The translations under genes were made by a program, and so were the position numbers. A stretch of 64,000 bases of DNA from Tubulanus polymorphus (Eukaryota > Animalia > Nemertea): the NCBI RefSeq assembly GCF_964204645.1, contig NC_134031.1, positions 16,417,807-16,481,806 of the forward strand, read 5' to 3'. Each line of letters starts with the position of its first letter. The first letter of the stretch is position 1. Under the pieces are notes generated by a model. It did no database searches. It was not told the DNA's origin and saw nothing but the letters and a program-made list of their open reading frames with translations. Of the stretch, positions 1 through 12,996 are shown one piece after another.

Positions 1-111
1 GTCGGAGTGCTCCATCATCGTGCAGCTGATTGTCGGAGTGCTCCATCGTCGTGCAGCCGATCTTCGGAGTGCTCCATCGTCGAGCAGCCGATCGTCGGAG
101 TGCTCCATCGT
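1..111. repeat. ~31-bp tandem repeat (GTCGGAGTGCTCCATCRTCGWGCAGCYGAT), ~3.6 copies, truncated by the window edge
   Basis: Unit recurs directly near positions 1, 32, 64 and 93. Confidence 0.9.
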
Positions 112-2411
112 CTGCTCTGTGTGTGTGTGTGTGGATACCCCACCGACAATCTACTTATCCAGTTTGGTGCCGCGTTGAAAAGGTTTAATTTTCCCGCGAC
201 GAGACATCGACGCGACGATCGCGTGAGCGTTTGACGATCACGAATCCGCGCTTCGCGGCGACAGCTTTGTAACGGTAATCGCGGTATCCTCTTATTCTCG
301 CACCGCGTTGTGTAAATTTACATCGGGGATGTTTAATTCAGACGGTCGTCGAGTAGATCGACGACTCTGTCACCGCGTCCGCGCTGTCGTTGTCGTTATT
401 ATTATTACCGCTGATAAGTTCGCGGTGGTAAAAGGCGACCAATCGATGGTCGAAATGATACGTAAACATTGAACGGGCGATGGTATCTCGTCGGTGAATG
501 GAGTCGTCTCGTGTCCGATTCGTGCCTCTTCTCTTGTCATCTCGGAACGCCGAACAAATACTATTCATCACAGATATCGGAGATATTTTCGTACACGCCA
601 CCATTCACCATGGTTCAAACGATATCCTCGAGTACGTGAAAGACCGATGAATTATTATGGAGATAATCGATACCAAATACTTTGGACCTGGATCCACAGT
701 TCCGATGGGGTGGAGCCTGGAAAACCTGGACAAATCAGGGAATCAGAAAAATCTTTAGAAAAAAAATCTGGGAAATTTGACAAATTTTGGGGGCAAAACT
801 TAGGCATGCTATTGACAGTGTGTTTCTTTTTCAATACGTGATTTGTGAATTATGAATAACTTGTAATATCTTTGATTGAGAAATTTCTCCATTCACCTAC
901 CACAGATTCATTCAGAGAATTTCATGAGCATAAATTAGGGAAATATAAGAAATACAAATTAGGAATTTGTAAATGAGCAGAAAATGGCCACCCTGTTTGA
1001 GGTTAGATTTGACGAAAAAATGGACCAATTTAAACTACTAAAACAGCTAATTTCTACAGCAGTGGAACTTGATCCTGGTCATCGAAACAAAAAAAAATGT
1101 TCAACATCCCTTCCCCCATCATTGTGCGATAGTCTATCGCCGTCGTCGCGGTGTACGTAGGAGAACGCTGTCACTCGGATGATGAGTCATCCATGTTTTA
1201 TTGTAATAGCCCGTTATTGATATGAACACTCGGCGCATGAATATTTGATAGTAAATGAAAACTAATACGGCAGTTTTCGCTGAAAGAACCAAATGGGCTA
1301 ATCGCTTTTTAAAGCCATCAATTCAATTACCTTCCCATCAATGCGGTCGTTGTCTTTTGTCATAATGAAATATCGGCTTCGCGCACGCGCGCTGAATATG
1401 CTCCAAATAGCCACTGAAGAGAGAGCCAGCGCAAAGTCAATCGGCGTTTATGCCGTAAATTGTGAAAGTAATCCTCCAAATGGACGGACGATCGTTTTCC
1501 TTGAGGAATTTGTTATTTTATGATCAGTCGAATTTGCGAATACTTCGCAACTAGTCGCGATGGCGGCCAACTTTACTTGATGAAAATTCTCGAAAAAAAT
1601 CTCATAAGCTCGCGGATAAGTTTTGAATCAGTATTTAGGTTTATGTTTGGTTCGACTTTATTCTAGATGCATAGCTAGCAAGTGTTCCTGATTTTCGGTA
1701 TTTGTTACTATTCTATAATGAGAAATAAAGATTTGATCTGTTTGATGCGTACAGAAATATGAAAGATATTACTGATGGTCTTACTGTTGATTACTGATTA
1801 ATTTGAACAGAAATATAAAAGATGTTACTGAGGGTCTTGCTATCGATTACTGATTAATTTGAATGATTTCTTTCATATTTCAATGAAATGTTATTGAAAA
1901 AAATTCAATTTATTACTGATAGCATTTTTCAGAGGTTGACAGCCCTGTTGATGCGGTATCAGCGATTATGCTATGGCCTCGTATGTTGTCGAGACCCGTC
2001 GTCACTTCCCCGAGATGTCGGCGATATAAACCCGACGACGAACGAAGCCCCTTTAAGCGGTACACGATCTCTGCCGTATAATCAGCGTCGAAGAGGGTTA
2101 TATCGAACTCGAGTCGAGTTCGGCGCCGGCGCTGATCGCATATTGCCAGTTGTCAATTTAGATCGCTTTGAATCAACACGAGTGAACGCGGAATCGCGTC
2201 CAGGCCAATGCAATATGACCGCTCGGGTCAGTTCGGCCGCCGCGAAAGGGCATCGGGCAACTGCGTGTATGATGCGATTACTAGTGTAACGCTCGTATAA
2301 ATGTCACAGGATATTGAGTTTTCTCCGTCGTTAATCATTCGCGTGTAAAACGCTCGATAGCTTCGATGAATCGAAACGCGATTCTGTCATTCGTTTTTTA
2401 ATGTTCATTCG

Positions 2412-3016
2412 TCATGAATCCTCGGCGAATCTGAGTTCTTGAATCCGCAGTCAATGAATGTTACCAGGACCCGGTTCATGAATCCACAGTCAGTGAGTGG
2501 AACCAGCTCATGAATCCACAGTGGTGGAGCCCAGTTCATGAATCCACAGTCAGTGAGTGGAACCTGGACCCAGCTCCTGAATCTACAGTCAGTTAAGCCA
2601 AGTTGCTGAATCCAGTCAGCTGATGGAGCCCAGTTGCTGAATCCACTGTCAGTGAGTGGACCCAGGTTGATTCCATAGTCAGACGGTGAAGCCCATTTGC
2701 TGAATCCACAGTCAATGAATGGAATCAGGTTGCTGAATCCACAGTCAATGAATGGAATCAGGTTGCTGAATCCACAGTCAGTGAGTGGAACCAGGTTGCT
2801 GAATCCACAAACAGTGAGTGGAATCAGGTCGCTGAATCCACAGTCAATGAATGGAATCAGGTTGCTGAATCCACAGTCAATGAGTGGAACCAGGTTGCTC
2901 AATCCCAGTTGGAGCCCAGTTGCTGAATTCACAGTCAGTCGGTGGAGCTCAGTTGCTGAATTCACAGTCAGTCGGTGGAGCCCAGTTGCTGAATCCACTA
3001 TCAGTGAGACACCAGG
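2412..3016. repeat. Minisatellite with a 33-bp core (TGCTGAATCCACAGTCAATGAATGGAATCAGGT) and shorter degenerate variants
   Basis: GAATCCACAGTCA motif recurs throughout; near-perfect 33-bp units at 2699-2900. Confidence 0.9.
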
Positions 3017-3685
3017 TTTTTTCCTGTCACTAATTGATTAGTGTGGATATGATCAGGATAGTTCAGCTTAAGTGTATGTGATAAGACACATTTCGTGTCA
3101 CCCTTCAATGGTCAGATTGAGTGAATGACTGGTTAGATAAATGATGACTCAACTGTATCATTGTATCATCCACACTCATTCCGTGACTCCATTTTCTGCC
3201 CATGAAAAAAATAACCAGTCGTCTATTCGGGCATATTAAGCTTCAACGTTGCTTTATTTTCTTAATTTGTCACATTGTCCTCATTCCAAGAATTATGCTT
3301 AGCATCTTTTTTACGATTCTAGATTTCTAGGTTGCTAGGTTGATGGCCGAAGTATTTCCAAGTTTCACTGGAAATAGACCATTATAAAGGGATTCTCTTA
3401 TTGATCAGAAAAGGCGGAAATTTGCCGAATTCTTTGTACTGGTAGAGATGCATTGAAGCCGAAATTGAAGTGCGGCTTTATCACGCCTGACGTCCCTTTA
3501 ACTTATACACCACACGATTTGATGTTCACTAAATTGTCACATTTATGGGAATTTAGCATGTTGATTATGGCGCCAATCAAATCGCGGATCGGAATTAACT
3601 GCTGAGCTGGAATGTCGCTATGGCAACAATATTCCGATTGGCGCCGATGCATAAAGGAGAAATAGATGTCGTTTGATTGCCGAGC

Positions 3686-3720
3686 GAGAGAGAGAGAGAG
3701 AGAGAGAGAGAAGAGAGGAG
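3686..3720. repeat. (GA)n microsatellite
   Basis: Direct observation. Confidence 0.9.
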
Positions 3721-4488
3721 ACTCGGTAGATAAAAGGAAATGGCTTTTGAAAGAATAACATCATTGCGGCCCGTTTTAAGAGTGGATTAGGTGGCCGTAT
3801 ATCTCGGGCTGCAGTTCGTCGATTTCAGAACGATATTCATTCCGTTTCCAATGACTAACGTGGCTTTGATTCGGTTGAAATTTTCGTCGGTTAGGAAAAA
3901 AAGGAATTGAAAGAAGAACTGTACGGGTTGTCGTCGGAGATGTTATTTTAGTTTGTCGTGATTTATGTCTAGTGCGAAAGGTATTTTTTCCCTCGCGCTT
4001 TCCGTTGAAGGTTTTCACCGACCGTACGCTAGCGACACCTACATCGTAATACGGAACTAAAACACTAGCAGTCTAAATCTGTTGACAGACTCGAAGGCGT
4101 TTTGAGCACAAAAAAAATTTACAAGGAAATATGATCAGCTCTTTCATAGGCAACGGCGATATACATATTTTTTCAAAAAAAATGAAAAAAGAAACCGCCG
4201 ATCAGAAATACCGATTTAATGGATTCTCTCGGCGAGCGAAAACCTTTCATGTGTATTTTATTCGCTTCGAGATAAAATGCGTCGAAAATTGAATTTCGTC
4301 GTCGGCTAATATTTCAATTTAATGATTTCCGATCAAGCGAACCGTCGACTAATTTCATTCCACCGGCGATGCGAGGTGGCCCCACGCTCTTTCAATACAG
4401 ACGTTTTCTAATAATTCTGTTTTTCTTCTTTTTTTTCCAATTCAACCGCTGAAATCAGTTTTCATCTTCTGAATTTATAGATTCACTA

Positions 4489-4493
<5 letters not shown>

Positions 4494-4572
<79 letters not shown>
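4494..4572. repeat. (AT)n microsatellite; others at ~9316-9363, ~16790-16819, ~26319-26350, ~58276-58339
   Basis: Direct observation. Confidence 0.95.
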
Positions 4573-4575
<3 letters not shown>

Positions 4576-7500
4576 GTTATAGATTCTTTCTTATCAGTTT
4601 ATGATTTTCATCGGTATTTATACCCCTCGCGTTCTCGACCTCGCTGCTCGATTTATGCTTCTTTGATTTACGTCGTTCCAAGATGCTTCAGAAAATATTC
4701 ATTGACCGCGCGGATGAAAGTTGCCGTTTTAAAAAAGGAGCACTGTTCGCGTATCCTCTGGTTGGCAGCGGCAGTGTGAGTAAGCTCGGTCAGTTTCAGA
4801 TGGCAGTACCCATGAAACAGTCAATCAAGAGCTCCAATGGTTGAAATTGGACTTTCCCTAATATCCCTTGTCAGTTAACTTATTTGGACCGACATTTTGA
4901 TCATACATATATATCCATTCTTGCAGTCAAAAATAATTTTTTTCAAATTCTAAAGTTGGTATTTTCGTCAAAATTAGAATCTTTGAAGGATATAAAGGGT
5001 ACAGTTAGTCTAGTGACTCAGTAAAGCTTGTACGCATAACATGGTCTCTTTTAGGGCAGGTACGGCTAAAAACAGTATCATGTTCTGACTCCGTCTACAA
5101 ACGTTGCATTTAAATGTCAAAATTTGTTTTCATTGATCTTTCCTTAAACGCTTTCAGATATTTAAAATCATGTTCGCTAACTTATATTACCGGTGTTCGC
5201 CGTTAATGCTTCTGTCTTTTTGATCGTGGGTTGATGTTCGTTGGGCGTTTCATTCGAAATATCAATTCATACGCAGAAGAAGCCGTAAAAATGAGATGTT
5301 TGATCTTTTAAACGTCGTTCATTAATCGGGCTTCTGTAGTCGAAACATCTATAAACTACCTTACACTGTAGTCGAGGGTTTGAAATATCTAAGATAAGAT
5401 TGATGAAGAATTAACGTCTGCCTCGTGGCAAATCAGTGACTGTTTAAAAAAAAGTTCTTACATTTTTATCGTTTGCTTCTATTGGTACATGGGCTTCAGT
5501 AAGACCCTTATTCTTGTACCGTCCGTCTGTGTGTATGTTGTGAAGCTACTTAGCTTCGTTAATGGAATGATCTTTGATTAAACTTGGGTACATTGTTATT
5601 ACAGGGGTCTAGTTATGCCGTGCGAAGAGTGGGCCCAGTGCGCCACCTAGTAGCAGAACTAGGCATTAAAAACTAGTTTTTCAGTTACATGACCTTGAAG
5701 ATGACCTCATAACTGAGGAACTGGGTGGAAATTCAAAAAGTTGTCTTGACAATATTAAGGTAACGGCCCTCCAAACCGCAATGGAAACTAACGCATGGTA
5801 ATTCCTGAGTTCGAGCCAACCGCTGTCACCTATGGTTTGTTCCTGTATATTTCCCACTTGCTACAATATGAACTGTTTTATCAGGAATATGAAATATGGA
5901 TTCCGAATTTTCAATGTCAAATTCATCTTTTCACGAGTCCGTTATTATTGACGTTTTAAAGTGGCAATACCGGTAGTCGCCCGTATGAAGTGGACATTTT
6001 AAAGAAAAATCTTAATGAATTTCCCATCCCTTTATCATCATCGCGTTGCTGTCAACACGTTTCGTAATTATTTGTTTTTGCCCGTGTCCTCGGTAACCCA
6101 CCTCACATACAGAATCGCAGCCCGCGATAGTATGTTTATGCGTTCATTATTTTAACATCCCGGCCGCAATAAGCCGTGTCGTTAATAATGTCGGGTTCGG
6201 ATATAAAACGCTCGTTGGCCAGACTTGAAAATTGTGTTTTCATTGCCGCGGCTGTGAAACCCTGCAACTCATTCGGATGTCGTTGTTTATGGCCAGGTAT
6301 TAACCCGTGAGGGATCAATTTTGTTGTCTGGTCGGATGCCTTCATATTTCTCTGGCTAGTGAATGTGGCCATTTGGTACTTAACTGTGTCTGCATTTTTT
6401 CCTATACTATGCGGGTAAAGCAGATGATGTTGGAATTTGTATGAGAATTGCTCCATATATCAATCTACCATCATTTCATCTATAGCCGCAATCATACGGA
6501 GAAGATTTGGCCCGGGCCAAGTTGGCCAAATTTGTGGCTATTTAAAGAGCGCGTTCTCATCAGGAGCGGACCCAGGCTGGGAGAAAAGGGGTTCAGCTTA
6601 TATGACAAGTGCACTTATTACTCGTGGAAGGCTTCCTGGTGAGCATTGCAGGCGCAATTCCCATGCAGGAGGATCTGGAGGTCTTTTGGAAAATTTAGGT
6701 AGATTTTCATGCAATTTTAGTGCATATTACTGCTTTAAGAAGTACTGAGTGGACTATTGTCATAGATCAGTGTCAGGTGGAATTGTTCACCTGTGATTTT
6801 CAAAAAGGCACTTTGTCAGAAAAGGGGTTTCGGACCCCAAACCCCTAAAAACGCTTGTGTGATAGCGGCTTATGTTGTTTTCACTCTTAATCTTGTTCTT
6901 TCTCATCCCAGACCTTTGAAAACCCTGTCGACCGACCCGCGGTGTTTATACCCGGTCCCTCGGTTATAATAATCATCCGTTTGAAGTTTTTCCGAGAGAA
7001 TCAACGCGTTTATAAGAATGTCTGAGATATCTAAATCAACTTGCAGCAAATTTCGTTCTTTGATCGCGATGTATTAAAACTTAAACTGAACACTCGTACG
7101 ACTTTGTACCTATTACGAACGTGATTTCTACTCGGGGCGAAACATACGAGCAACTATTTCCGACGAAAATGTTTTCCTACTGTAGACTGGATGTTATGTT
7201 AAAGGACTACTGCAGACTTTAAAAAGAAAAAAGGAGATTTTTTTTCTAGTAACGAACTACTTACGTTGTGTATTCTACGAAGTTAGTGGTGAAAATTTAA
7301 GTAAGTGGTGAGGATTTCAGAATATTCCGAGTACGGTAGAGTATAGCCCCGGTACACTCCGACGTGAAGAATATATTTTAAGTTTAAAAGCCACTCTATA
7401 ATTACAGAAATGAATTCTATCAATCGAGAATTAAAATCAAATACATGATATTTCGCACTTACACTAGAGATAGATCATTGTCAATCTAATGAATTCGGTT

Positions 7501-9320
7501 TGTAATGGGTTTCAAACTTATTCGCAGTATGAATTCAATCGCGGTCACACTTGAACTTGTACCATATCACCTACAGAATTAACGAACATGTTTGCTGCTG
7601 GTATAAATTGGCCCTCAATGTCTTGAGTTAATTGTCAACATTTACCGATTGTGTAGTATTTATAAAGGTGCTAATTACCAGTTTAACTTACACCTATTGG
7701 TTTAGATTTCAATCTATTATCCTGTTTAATTCCCCGCTATTACGTAATTCCCTATTTAGACTGAGCCGAAGCCTCTTTCACGAAGCCCCCTCCACTATAT
7801 TTTCAATGGTCAGAGAGAGATGTTGTTTGTAAACCCGCGCGATCCTAGTGGTTTGCAATTAGCACGCCGTACATTTGCTTCGGTCTACGTTGTTGTCAAT
7901 ACGCCAATCTGCTGAACAGATAATGAGATCTGAACAGAGTGTGGCGGCCATGTTGGATTCATAAACATACACAGAACTCACACTGCAGTGTATGCACGCA
8001 CGTCAGCGTATGTGCTGTCCGTTTCGAGCGAAATATCTCGATTCTAAACGTCCGGGAATCGTTAATTCGTGTCACAAATTATCGGATTAAATTCGTCTAT
8101 CGTCGAAAACGTAAGTTGAAGTTCATAATCGTCGTTGTTTTTGGGGAAATCTGCGGATTTCGGTTCGCTCGTATCCCGTCTATGTCGATGTATTGGAAGT
8201 CTTTGTATGCGCGGATACCGTTGAAAACGAGTGATTCACCGTAGTTTACCCGTTCAACGTCGTTTCACTCGTATATTCATCGTTATTCGTATAAGATCCA
8301 TTCGATTTCGGATGAAATTATCGAAAAAATGTAGCGTTTAATGCGAAAAAAGCGCGATTTAAAAACCTGTATGTAGGTCAGCGTCTACAAATCCATAAAG
8401 GGGTTGCCATACTGCACAGACTGGCGGGTTGGGATTGACGGCCTGGCAATTTTTGGCAATATGGGTCATAATTATTGACACGATTTGTTTCGCGGCCCAA
8501 TAACTAGCTTCATTATCGCTTGATTTAAATGCAACCGTGTTAATTAATGGAAGGTAATGAGATTAATCGCTGTGTGTTGTTAAGCACGCTGCTGTGTGTG
8601 TGTGTGACGTTCTGCGCGCATAGCTCACAGATTTAAAGGGGTTGTACGACTATTATAGCGGTTTGGCGTATTATCGCCTACAAAATGGCGGCGCACAGGA
8701 TTATAGGAAAACTTTCAATTTATTGTCGGATATAATTCGATAGCAGATGAGATTTATTTGTGTGTGTGTATATATATCAAGAGACAAGTTCTCTTAATTA
8801 TTTCATTGATATCTATCACTAAAGTCATTCATTTGGTCATTTGAAAGCCTTTAAGGAACTAACTCCTTTTAGATGAGGTGTCTGAAGCATCTCCAGTCCG
8901 GTAGGCTCGTTTTGAATAATCGGAACAATCGGATTTCCCGACGGATTATCGTTTTTGTCAAATTAACGAGTTTCGTCACGTCCCCGATCTCCGAGAGGTT
9001 GAAATCGATCTCGATCTCGTCAGAATCGATTTTACATTTTCGTCCTCGTTGTTCGTTCGCGTTGTTAAGTTCCGCGTATTACATAACTCGCCGATAGATA
9101 TCGATCTGTGTAGATGGCGGCGCGCTGCGAACCCATCACTTATCACGTCTGTTCGCGCTCGATTAATTGTCTTAGAAGAAATTATCTGGGCGTCAATCTG
9201 TTTGTATGTATATCAGTGTTATATACAACAGATCTATACCCAGTACCCAAACGCGCCCGCGGGCTCTCACGCTCGTTTTCACTTTCATCTTCTGATAGCA
9301 TACCTCCCGGTACTCATATA

Positions 9321-9366
<46 letters not shown>

Positions 9367-12300
9367 ATCTAGATGATTATATGGCGGAAGAGGAAATGAA
9401 TGCTGGAAATATCTATGAATGATTTGTTCGTAGTTCTGATTGAATGGAATAAACAACTTTCGTATACTTCCCTGCATGGCATGTGCCCCTTTTCCGGCAA
9501 TGATGGAAAACCATCGGTCGCCCAATTTTTAACATTACCAGGAATTTTCCCGCTGACGCCATTTCTCATGACTTGAAGAAGGTTTTTTCGAAGTTCCGAT
9601 TGATTCGAATGGACAAATTCTGTCCGAATGAACTTCGTCAATCTTCAGCCGAATGGAGAGATACAGAGTGCTGCAAGTATTCATATAATCGGATCCAACT
9701 CTCGTTGTTAGGACAGTCGTTCGCAGAATGAGCGACGGAAAGGTACGACGGCGCCGGTGCACGGTTGATTAGTCAGTCGAAAAGCGTTTCTATTGTCGGT
9801 CACCGCGTGTTCGCGCGCTAGAAAGATTAATTATAACGACGCCGCGGTGGTAGCGGCGACACAACCTCGCTGATCGCCGAGCCGAGATGTTTCGGATAAT
9901 CTCGAACGATGCTCGTTTCCTAAGTGCTACTTATTTAATGGGAGGCAATTTCCATTTAGCCACCGCATCAATTCGACAAATCAGCGGTCATCTGATTGGT
10001 ATAAATAAGTCCGGACAAAGGGTCCGTCGATTGCTTTCAACTCGTCATTAACGCGTAGTCCAGTTTTCGCGAATTTACATCGCGTCGTTTTAATCGCCAA
10101 CCGGAAATGGCGGCTTTTAGCCGTGGTCATTCATGTTTTTTTTGCGGACTGCTTGCATAGAAGTGGCGCTTTAAGCCTTTGTTTCTGCTGGGCTCAAAGC
10201 GCTGGATTTTGAGGCTGGTCGGTGAAGTGTACAATTTCCAGTTTTTTTTTTTTCATTTTTTTTTAAAACGAAAACGCGCCGCATATGACATCATCGCTGT
10301 CATCATCATAATCATCGTCGTCGCGGCACAAAGCGCGTTTTTAGCCGCGCAGATTGATGGCTTCGTCGCTGATACCATAAAAGCGCACATACCCGAGTGC
10401 TGATCAAACTTGACAACAATGGCTTATGGCGAGGATAAATGTTAATAATAGGGTTTTTTCTCGCTAGCGACGGCGTCGTCGTCGTCTATCTGCGCGTGCG
10501 CGCGCGGCGATTGCCTCGCAGGCTCGCCGCTTACACGTTACAAAAGCGGCGCGCCCGGTCGTCGAATGTTTTTCAAAAAACCGACACATTCCGAGAATAT
10601 GGCGATGTGTACGGTGAAGGAGCCGCCGAACAATAGCGCGGCGGGACGGCCTGTTTTACCGCGGTATTAATCTGCCTAGTTGTTCGCAGTTGGGCGTAGC
10701 GCCGGCATCGCGCGCGCGGATGTCGTTTAAGCTGTCCTCGCCGGGTCGTTACGCGATGCCGCTTGTGTTCGGCGGGACCCGATGAATATAATCGTGTCAA
10801 GTTGACATGTGTTCGTATTATTATTCTGGAAGGTGCGTTGTCGTCACACAACCAGCACGCACTGCGTTGTCGTTCTTAAATACTGAAACAAGTGACGAGA
10901 CCACCGACTGACCCTACCGACCGACCCTATCGACCTGTGGGTTCATTGCATCCCCCACCCCCTGGACTTAATTGATTGATTATATCGTGTAGAGAGCTGT
11001 TGAAATAATCGAATGTTTGATATATATAGACATGTGTGCATACTGTGTTCAATAATTGATTGGTTTAGTACTGTTGCTGCATTCGGTGGTGATGTTTAAT
11101 ATTCTGGCACGTCATGGATGAAAAATTACCTCTGAATATTTCGATGAGTATGAAATACGAGTAACTTTTTTATGCCGGGGATGTGTCTGCCGTTGAAATT
11201 TAGTTTCAAAATCATTTAGGTTACGTGGACAGCGGCGAGTGTGGGTGATACCGTTGCATTCTGGTCTGGCTTTCAAGTGCCCCCTTTAGCTAAATATACC
11301 ACATACCTCGAATAGTCGGGGAATTTTGTGTAAAAAAGAAAGGCAAAAGTCGGGGAAATTTGATGAGATTGCTGGATCACATGTAAAATCAAACAGTTTC
11401 CATCTAAGCCTTACGTATTTGATTGTGTTAATTGATTAATCGGATTCTTAGCAAATCAAGTCAGGGAAAACAACGTGCATGTCAGGCAATTGTCAGGGTA
11501 AAAGCAAGTCAAACATAAGTGGCCAAACCGCGATTTAGAAGTGCTGCTAAAAATTGTGATAGTGTGCTGATCGTAAATAGATGGTGTTTTTCTCCGCGTG
11601 TTTAGTTCAATATGAATCACTTGTAAATGCGGCGTCTGTATCCAGACTTTTACCGCGCGGCGCGCATAAATTGCTACATGTTGTATATTCAGCTAAGTAA
11701 AGCGGGGCTGGTGTGGAGAAGTGTATGTCGACTACTCTTTATCTTCGGCTAATTTGTGTCTGATTTAGTGTTTAGATGGTGAACAGAGCGCCGACTGATG
11801 GATGGTACTCGCTCACTTATTCAACACGCACACACACAGGCAATAACGATTGGAACACTTCACTTTCCATCTCTCTCTCTCTCTCTTACAGTACCGCATC
11901 ATTCAGACCCCCGTACCCCGAAGGGTGTCCCGAGGGCAAGCACGCTTCCCTAAAAGATTCCGAGAAAATTTATTAGATTACGTGTATGGTTCGGTGACTT
12001 TGTCATATATGAAACATTCAATAACGTTAGCCGGAAATTCGTCGAAAATGCTAAATGCAAATACTCCGTCAAATAAGTTCCGTCTTATCAAAATTCGCAC
12101 CAACCCACATTAGATGTTGGGTACTGTACCTGTACATGTAGAGCTTCTGGGATATTTGACTTCATGTATTTATCATTCACTGTATCTTTCCGGCGAAATG
12201 GGATTCACCTGTTTTATGACAGTGAACGCATTCCCTCTGAAACTATTCAATATTTTTGCTCGAATAGGGTTGACCGTGAGTGTGTTTTAGCGGTAAGACG

Positions 12301-12996
12301 CGATCAATCTTTGAAATCGACATCGTCGGTGCGTCGAGTTCAACGGAATACACCGGAGGTGACAATGATGTATGGCAGTAATATAATAACGAGCACGACA
12401 GCCGATCTATCTAGTGTGATATATAGAATGACTGATTTCTGGCGAACTTTATAGACCTCGGTAATTCCGATATTTCAAAATAATCATTTTGAAAATTGAT
12501 AGCCGAAGCGTGTTAGTGGAGGTGTCTATTTTCAAACAAACTTTTATGAAGTCATTTGACGTTGTACTAGACAAGAAAACTAACTTTACAGTTTGTTGAC
12601 CCCTTAAAAAATAATGCATATATCGCTTAATATTGTCGACAAAGAATAATATGATATAAATTATATGATATTAAGGATCATTTAAGTCATTTTGGATTTG
12701 AATAAATTGACAACCAGTCTAGGCCCGATCTATTGAATACGTAGCGCACATCCTCATAGATAATTACCCAAAATAGAATAAGAGTTATGAAATGTATTTG
12801 ATTAAAGAATTATCACCAAAATTGACCAATAATGATGATGCAGTGCACATCAACTCACACGGAACCCCATGAATAATCAGGTATCAATGTATATAATCAT
12901 TATTGTAACGGATTTTTCTGCGTAAAAAATTATGCTGTATTCGATTAACCTCGATAATGTTTTTTAATGTATGTATAAACGTTGTTGTCTTTTCAG

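Noticed and set aside
1-3016. Short regularly spaced repeats as a CRISPR-like array
   Set aside because: Head-to-tail repeats without unique spacers, eukaryotic context, no cas genes
2405-3041. Overlapping 197-aa (-) and 114-aa (+) repetitive ORFs
   Set aside because: Products of a 33-bp minisatellite (a multiple of 3) inside an intron; no splice or homology support
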